Source of the DNA: Podarcis erhardii
Lineage: Eukaryota
Reading direction: 5' to 3' (one strand)
NCBI GenBank assembly: GCA_964252035.1
Contig: OZ176203.1
Length of the DNA stretch: 64,000 bases
Numbering within the stretch: the stretch's first letter is position 1; each line of letters starts with the position of its first letter. Shown piece after piece: positions 57,361 through 64,000 of the stretch. The translations under genes and the position numbers were made by a program. The notes under the pieces were generated by a model. It was not told the DNA's origin, searched no databases, and was given only the letters and a program-made list of their open reading frames with translations.

Positions 57361-59839
57361 AGCTAGACTAAATGTCTCTGTTTTATTGTTACTGTGTATA
57401 TTTAGCAAGTGACACTAACTGCAAGAGAATAGTCCAAACTTCAGGTTTTTCATTGCTGACCATGATCAGCAGTGGCTACTTTTTAAATACCCAAGGATAG
57501 CTGGTTGTTTTTCAACATGCATCCCTAATGCCAGTGTTTCAGTAATGCCATTTTTAAATGGTTGCTGTGGGGTTTTCATCTTGTTACTATAAAGGTGCTG
57601 CTTTTTATCCATTATATATGAGGTCACTTATTTGTTTTCTTTGCTCCTTCTCGATTGTGGTCTCTTTCTCTGTCAATATATTTTTTATTACATAAAAGAA
57701 CATTCCCTTATGATCCGATTCTGCTGTACACTTCAATAGGGCCACATTATTTTATCTAGCATGATGTTTAAAATACCATTCTATACCTTTTATATCTAGA
57801 GTGCCTGCCACTTAACTTCCTAACAATCATTTAGCCAATTTCATGTGCGTTGCAGTGAATTAACAATTTAAAATAATCATAATAGTCTAATTATAAACAA
57901 CAGTTCTGGGCTATATAGGATGATAAAAAGATGCAAAAAGGCAATTGAACCTGGCAGTGTTTTTAAAAAATAAATATATTGATAATTAAAATGTGTTTTG
58001 TGAGACCATAGTAGAGTCAACCATTTGAAGACAGTGGAGCCCAGCTAGCACTGTGATGTAATCTTGTTCAGCATAAGCAACAACATGAAAATTGGCAATG
58101 GGAAGGCAGTGAAGGGTTAGCTGCAACAACTTTAAATTAACTTACCTTACCACCATAACTAGGGCTGCCAAAAGACTGAAATGGAATTAACACCCTAATC
58201 CCCAGTGTATTTTGTGGTATCGAGTTCCCTTGATTTTGATTAAATTGCCATCCATTCCATTCACTGCAGAATATTAATACACTGAGGTTTCCCAAAGTGG
58301 TCAGTGAATTTAATGTTCTGGACTGCAGAATCTCAGTGCAGAGTAGGCCTTCTTCAAAATGCCTTGTGGCCTTTAGGGCAGGAGAAATCTAATCCTTGAA
58401 GGAGTGTGGAAACTGCATGTTAAGATTCCTTTAGGAAGCTTTAACCTTATCCTCTATAGTTTTATGCACTCATGCAGAAGTACTTCACTGGTCAAGAAAA
58501 TGACCTTGTCTAATTGTTGATGAAATGAAAACTGTAAAGCCTTTGCACAATTAATCCTGTAGAAATGCAAATGCTAATAACAAACTAGACGGAATATTTC
58601 TTCTGGCCCCTGAGGGATGTTAAACTCTGAAGGCATGCACTTTGTGAAGACCCTTTTATAAATTAAACCAGATTATTGAATGATAAGGTATCTGAGGATC
58701 AAAATGGAGATACTACATTTTATTTTTGCCTTGGGACCCAGCATTGTGGACTGTCTCTACATCTCTACAATGGAAGCATTATCTTAACACTGAGCTGCTA
58801 CCATGTAGCTGTGATGATTGGCTGGTGATCTTTAAAGTTTCAGCAGACAAAAGTAAGCTTTAATAGCACTCTCCAGATAGTAATAATCTAGAACTTGGAG
58901 GCACAAAGCACCTTAAATGGAACAAGACTTTGATGAGAGTATTAAGGATAAATTCAACAGGTTTTCATATGTATTTACAGAACTCGTGAACCTTGAGAAT
59001 TTCTCTGCCAGCATTTAGTTGTGCACAGAGTGATAATGGGGTATTTTAAAGACACTTTCGGTAGCTTAAACTTAAATGCCCTAATTCTTTTTCTAGGATT
59101 GATCCACCTGATTCAGTTTTAAGTACACTGAAGATAAGGTTTGAGTGCTGCATAAAATTGAAAGTTTAAAGTGGATAAAATTGAAAATCCAGCTTATTTT
59201 ATTTACTTATTTTAAAAAATAGTCCTCTCAGTGGTAGCTTAGTGTGTGTGGAATGACCTCTTCACTGAAGAACTGCTGCCTCCAACCTTATGTATTTTAG
59301 ATGCCTGGTAAAAACTTACCCTATTTGTCAGGGTTTTAGAGGCTTCTAATGCAGCTAACAATGTTATTTAGGTAATTGATGAGAGAGATTCTTAATATTT
59401 TGCTTATTATGTAATTCATTATTATGGAACTCTTAATAAAGAAAGAAAAACAAGCGTGACAGCTAAAAGAGCTTCTGAAGAGACACTAAACTATCTGTGT
59501 TTGGATTTTGCTCTCATACTTCTTGGAATGGTGGGTGAGAGGTGCTGCAGCTACTGCCGCTCCATTACTTCCAACCTCTCAAACTTGGCATGGGAGCGTC
59601 ATTTTTATTCTGTGTTTAATAAGATGTCATCGAGCTATGGTGCTAAATAAATTGGTCTAACCTGTAATCTGTTTACTGGGAGCCTTACAAGACAGTCAGG
59701 CAGTTGAAGTACAGAAGCAAGTACACAAATATTTTGTCGAAGTTGGTAAATCCAGTGAAATATTTAAATTCAGTATGGATCAGCAAGAATTCATCCAAGG
59801 GAAATTGTTCTGTTGGACTTGTGCCTCCAGTCTATAATT

Positions 59840-60160
59840 TATATTGTTCTGATACAAACATGAGAGATCTGGAGGGTGGCAACATGAGAATGGGCCTTTT
59901 CTGTGGTGGCCCCCTGTTTGCGGAATGCTCTCCCAAGGGAAGCTTGCTTGGCACCTTCATTCATATCTTTAGGTGCCAGGCAAAAACATTCCTCTTCTCT
60001 CAGGCCTTTGACTAAGTAAGCATTTAGCCTTTTAAGCTCTGCAGGGTGGTGGTTATTGCTTTATTCGTTATAATGTTACATATTTTGATGTTTTTATACT
60101 GTAAGCTATCCTGTGATCCTCTGATGAAGGGCAGTATATACTTTTAATAAATAAATGAAA
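59840..60160 (+). mobile_element. L2 3' end
   Basis: gggccttttctgtggtggcccc....ggaatgctctccc ... aaaacattcctcttctctcaggcctttg ... tgtaagctatcctg...aataaataaat. Confidence 0.8.
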
Positions 60161-60339
60161 CAGACTAACAAATATAGCCTGAAACTACAGGCCTGTTCAT
60201 CTCAAAATTCTGGCAAAGCATCATCCCAACATTTTGCTGTTAAAACTTCAGATGTGGGCTGAATCTGAGGGAGGGTTTTTTCCAGATGGAAATGCAGGCT
60301 TTAGAGCTGGGTATTTCTACACCTCTTGTGCTAGGATTT

Positions 60340-60545
60340 GTATTTCATGTATACATTAATGCAGATGTCAGTCGGGGCATGCTCCCTTCGTGGACTTCAA
60401 GGCAGCCTTTGATAAAGGTGATTGAGAAATCAAAATAAAAACTTCTTGAAAGCAATGTTGACTGCAGATTATTGACAGCAATTAAGATACAGTATGGAGA
60501 ATAAGTGCTATCTTCCATAGGCTTGCTGATTAAAAAGTGGTCCAA
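60340..60545 (-). mobile_element. Non-LTR (RTE-like) reverse transcriptase remnant
   Basis: Minus-strand degenerate ..STYSPYCIL.. and TFIK(G/A)AL..VH resemble GRSTID..L and AFIDFKAAFDSV motifs; frameshifted. Confidence 0.4.
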
Positions 60546-63039
60546 CTACCTAGGTAGTGAAACTATCTCCATCTAGGTAGTGCCCCAATTTTTTTTTTTA
60601 CGTATTTTTAAAACAACACGTGAGAACCCCCTATCATTTAAACAAAGCAACGTTTTCGGTTTTATTATGAGTATTTAGTGATTCTCTCCCACCCTCACAT
60701 AGGCTTAACACCACTTGCCCACTGCCCTGAGCCAGAAGTCTTCAGGCCACAAATTATTATAAGGCTAAAATGATCATGTTTGGCCATAAGTCACCAAAGT
60801 GCATATGATATATTGACAGCTATAGAACTGGAATGTTATTTTCTAGAAGCGTCTTCTGTTACGTTGAAAATAGAGACAATGTCTCATCAATTTATATGGA
60901 CTTGTTAAAGGACCTGGCTCTACAAAACCAAAATTTCATCCAATGATATGGCCTTTTCAGGAATTATTTCAATGGAAGACTTCTACATTTGCTCCTGTAA
61001 GTTCATAAACTTTGGTCCAACCACCAGAAATTAATTATTCACTAATACAAAAAAAGTAAGAGCCACCTTAGATTACGCTGATATGTGAAGCATGTTTGCT
61101 ACTGTGTGTCACTTGACATTGGGCAGTTTTAACACCAATGGGGCCCTTTTGTATGTGCTCCTTTCTTTACTGCCCAATTATTGGTTTGTTTTATTGTTTT
61201 TGTTCTGTTGCATGTTTTGTTAAAGCCAGTGATCAAAACAAACTAAATTGAATGGATAAACTAGTTACCCATGAACTGCATGTGCTGAGTAGAGAACAGA
61301 AGTCGGAAAGTGAGCCTCGGGATAGGAACATAGTGTGATTTCAGTGGCTCTACCCTAGAGTATTACGAACACTGAACATTCGTCTCCCCTCTCCTATACA
61401 TAAATCTCTTCGCTGCTCATTTAACCTGAATATGAATGGCCCATGCATTCCTTACTTTCAATGTAAAAAACTAACCAATTACTTCAGATCATGACTTTCA
61501 ACTCCTCTTCAGAGAGTGTGTGAATTCAAAGAAGCAAGAGATGCTTGATTTGTATTGCAGAAGACCGATTGTTTTGGGCCTGGGTTTGTTTTAATCACTT
61601 GGCTGCATCTCCAGAGCAGTGAAAATGAAAACGAGAACTGGTTTTCTGGGCCAAGATTAGGGAATTCCAGCTTTCTGCGTCAACAGGAGCAAGAAAGAAA
61701 GTAAATGCAGGGCAAATGATCAAAAGCTATTTGTAAGGCTAGTTCTTTGGAACCCAATCTGTTCAGAGGTAATGTGCTTTTGAGTATCAGATGTGTGCTG
61801 CCACTGCACACACACCCTGACGGCGAGAGAGAATGTTTTTGTGAACAATTGAGGCCACAAAATAAAAGGTCTGACAGTGGTTCTATGACATTTTTAAGAA
61901 GAATCTGAATTTATGTGCAGTAATTTGTTGCTTAACTATTCTATCATGTTGGCCAGAATGGCAGAGCAGTCCATTTACAAGGTCCTGAATTATAGTAACT
62001 TGCATACTTTACATCTGTGAGCTGACACCAATGGATCAATTGGTTTCATCCCACCACTGTCATTGGGTAATAACTCCATTAAAACCAAAGGCAGGTAGAG
62101 CTGGCCCCCTCAAATTCTAACTTCACTCTGATGTCCATAAGAAACTTATGAAAGTTTCATAAGTTGAGTCTCTCCCATTTCTAGAATCCCATCACTTGTC
62201 TCTTCTCTAGCAAATCACCAAGTTTACTAAATTAATTGGATAAATTAGTGCAAGATAGCCAGAAAAAGAGAATATTGTAGCATCCAGCAGCATTCTAAGA
62301 ATATGGCCTTCCATTGAAATGGTGCCCTAATTATGCTGGTCAAGTGTATTGAGCTCTAGGGTGCCACAAAGATTGTAAGGTATTTCGCATATTTGAAATA
62401 CTATTAAAATGATCTTCATACAGAACTTGTCATTCATTACAAATTGCCATATTAAAATTCTGACATAATCATATACATCAAGGGTAGCTAACCAATGACC
62501 TGTGGGCTGTATACAGTCAAGAGGTTTGGGGTGATCCACAGGGATCTCCAACAATTATGTGTCTTAATTTTTATTTATTTGTTGGTGATTTTCTCTTTCC
62601 CCTGCTCCTATATACACTTTTTCTGTGGTTAATTACTTTCATTGGGCTTCCCTGATTGTCCTTGGGTTATTTTCTTCACTTTTAAGTCAGCTGGGGCTTC
62701 TAAACTAATTGATTATTTCCTGTTGCTGCTTCTGTTATTAATAGTGCTACTTATTAGCAGACTGTTCACTTTAAAAAAGGAAAAGGAAATACTGATAGAA
62801 CAGAACAGACTGACTTTGGATGGAAGACACAATACGTTATCTTATTAACCTTTATTTTATTCAGAAAAATATACTGTAATTGAATCTAAAAATTAAAAGA
62901 AAATACAAATGGAATGTGTTTGGGAAGGGATTAGACTGACTTTGCATAGAAAGAAAATGAAATATATGAACTTTCCACTTTGGACAGGCTCTCTTTTCCG
63001 CCTCCGCCACACCCATCTTACCATGCAGCCCTGTTTAGG

Positions 63040-63185
63040 GAAGTTTTTAATGACTGATGTTTTAATGTATTTTTAATCCTTTGTTGGAAGCCACCCAGAG
63101 TGGCTGGGGAAACCCAGCCAGATGGGCAGGGTATTAAAAATTGTTATCATTATTATTATTATCATTATCATTATAATAATATTAT
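63040..63185 (+). mobile_element. L2-type 3' tail with (ATT)n
   Basis: gttggaagccacccagagtggctggggaaacccagccagatgggcagggta followed by (att)n. Confidence 0.7.
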
Positions 63186-63814
63186 TATGCAGCTCTTGGA
63201 GGGTTGGTCATGGGTCAATGCAGCCCTTGGCCCAAAGAACATTAATCACCCCTGATATATATCATTAACCTCCCTTGGAGATAGTTATTGTTCTGGAAAG
63301 AGATGCATTCCTAAATAGAGAAAAAGGAGGTGGCCGAGTGATTTGTGATTTTTCATTGGCAAATGACACAGTGTTTCATTTTTGAAATGTGTTACTTATT
63401 TTCACAATAAAGTAGAGAAACCTGCTGCTGTTGGAACTGAGTTTTGCTTCTTAAATTATTTTCCTCACATCCCGAAGATTCTTAATGTAAGAGCTGTTTT
63501 GTTCTTCTGTCCCAGCAATATTATGGAGGGAAATTAGTCGTTTTAAATGTTAGGGTGTGAAATGGCTAGCAAGTAGCTTAACAAGAAATTGAACTTCATC
63601 TTCAATTTGATTAAGAAGTGGCTATAACTTAAGATGACACTTCCCCTAAGACAAGCATTCTACTAACATTTTATTTGATAAAATATCTTAACTGTATTTG
63701 ATACTTCTGTGTTGTTGACTGGCAACTGAAAGCAAAACAAGGAAATATCCATCTATCTACTTGCCTGTCTCATGTTCATATTGGTCTTCTAGTGAGATGC
63801 AAGCTGACACTGGA

Positions 63815-63945
63815 ACAGCTGTCAGTCGAACATGAGACTCTTAACATCAGGGTCATGAGTTTGAGCCCCACATTGGGCAAAAGACTCCTGCATTGCAAGG
63901 GGTTGGAGTAAATGACCCTTGACCCTACAATCCTGTGACACGTGA
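63815..63945 (+). mobile_element. tRNA(Lys)-derived SINE with CR1-like tail
   Basis: catgagactcttaa..cagggtcatgagtttgagccccacattgggc head, then ctcctgcattgcaaggggttggag..aatgaccctt. Confidence 0.72.
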
Positions 63946-64000
63946 CATGGATTCTTCATCATAGCAGGGAGTCAATTAGTATAGTACAGCACTGTGCGTC

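Noticed and set aside
61226-61309. Possible poison exon (long pyrimidine tract, aag|CCAG...AAA|gtgagc, nearby TGCATG at 61209 and 61277)
   Set aside because: Splice-like signals only and the donor is mediocre; no independent support without conservation or RNA-seq.
63815-63880. tRNA-Lys-like sequence
   Set aside because: D-arm degraded and followed by a CR1-like tail; a SINE head, not a tRNA gene.
57361-64000. First long-isoform exon (WCSDLHLLDML..., DH domain)
   Set aside because: No matching coding sequence found by eye; presumably beyond the window.

Overview
Vertebrate genomic DNA, almost certainly a squamate and probably a lacertid lizard, judged from its Sauria-type SINEs. The window is mostly the + strand gene ITSN1 (intersectin-1). 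I traced 27 coding exons by hand from the ATG at 15640 to the end of SH3E at 55583. All introns are GT-AG and the phases join into one open frame of 3628 nt: 1209 codons plus one T, encoding EH1-EH2-coiled coil-SH3A to SH3E. The short-isoform terminal exon/3'UTR follows (about 55810-57360), with its acceptor and stop codon apparently hidden in a 212-N gap. The non-coding first exon and the DH-PH-C2 exons of the long isoform were not found and presumably lie outside the window. Introns are dense with transposon debris: TA-flanked Tc1/mariner-type MITEs, hAT MITEs with 8-bp TSDs, a decayed Tc1 transposase, Sauria and other SINEs, L2/CR1/RTE fragments and two antisense LTR remnants. I see no CRISPR array, RNA gene or wholly new gene system. 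Best leads: (i) a long-range RNA duplex flanked by two RBFOX motifs in the short-isoform terminal exon; (ii) apparent absence of the neural VKGEW microexon from the SH3A intron; (iii) a 64-bp cassette shared by two different MITEs; (iv) MITEs carrying clustered ETS/NRF1/CRE promoter motifs; (v) a collapsed LTR element with a duplicated tRNA-iMet primer site. Exon numbers follow the mammalian convention from memory. LINE fragment boundaries are approximate, and no database search was run.
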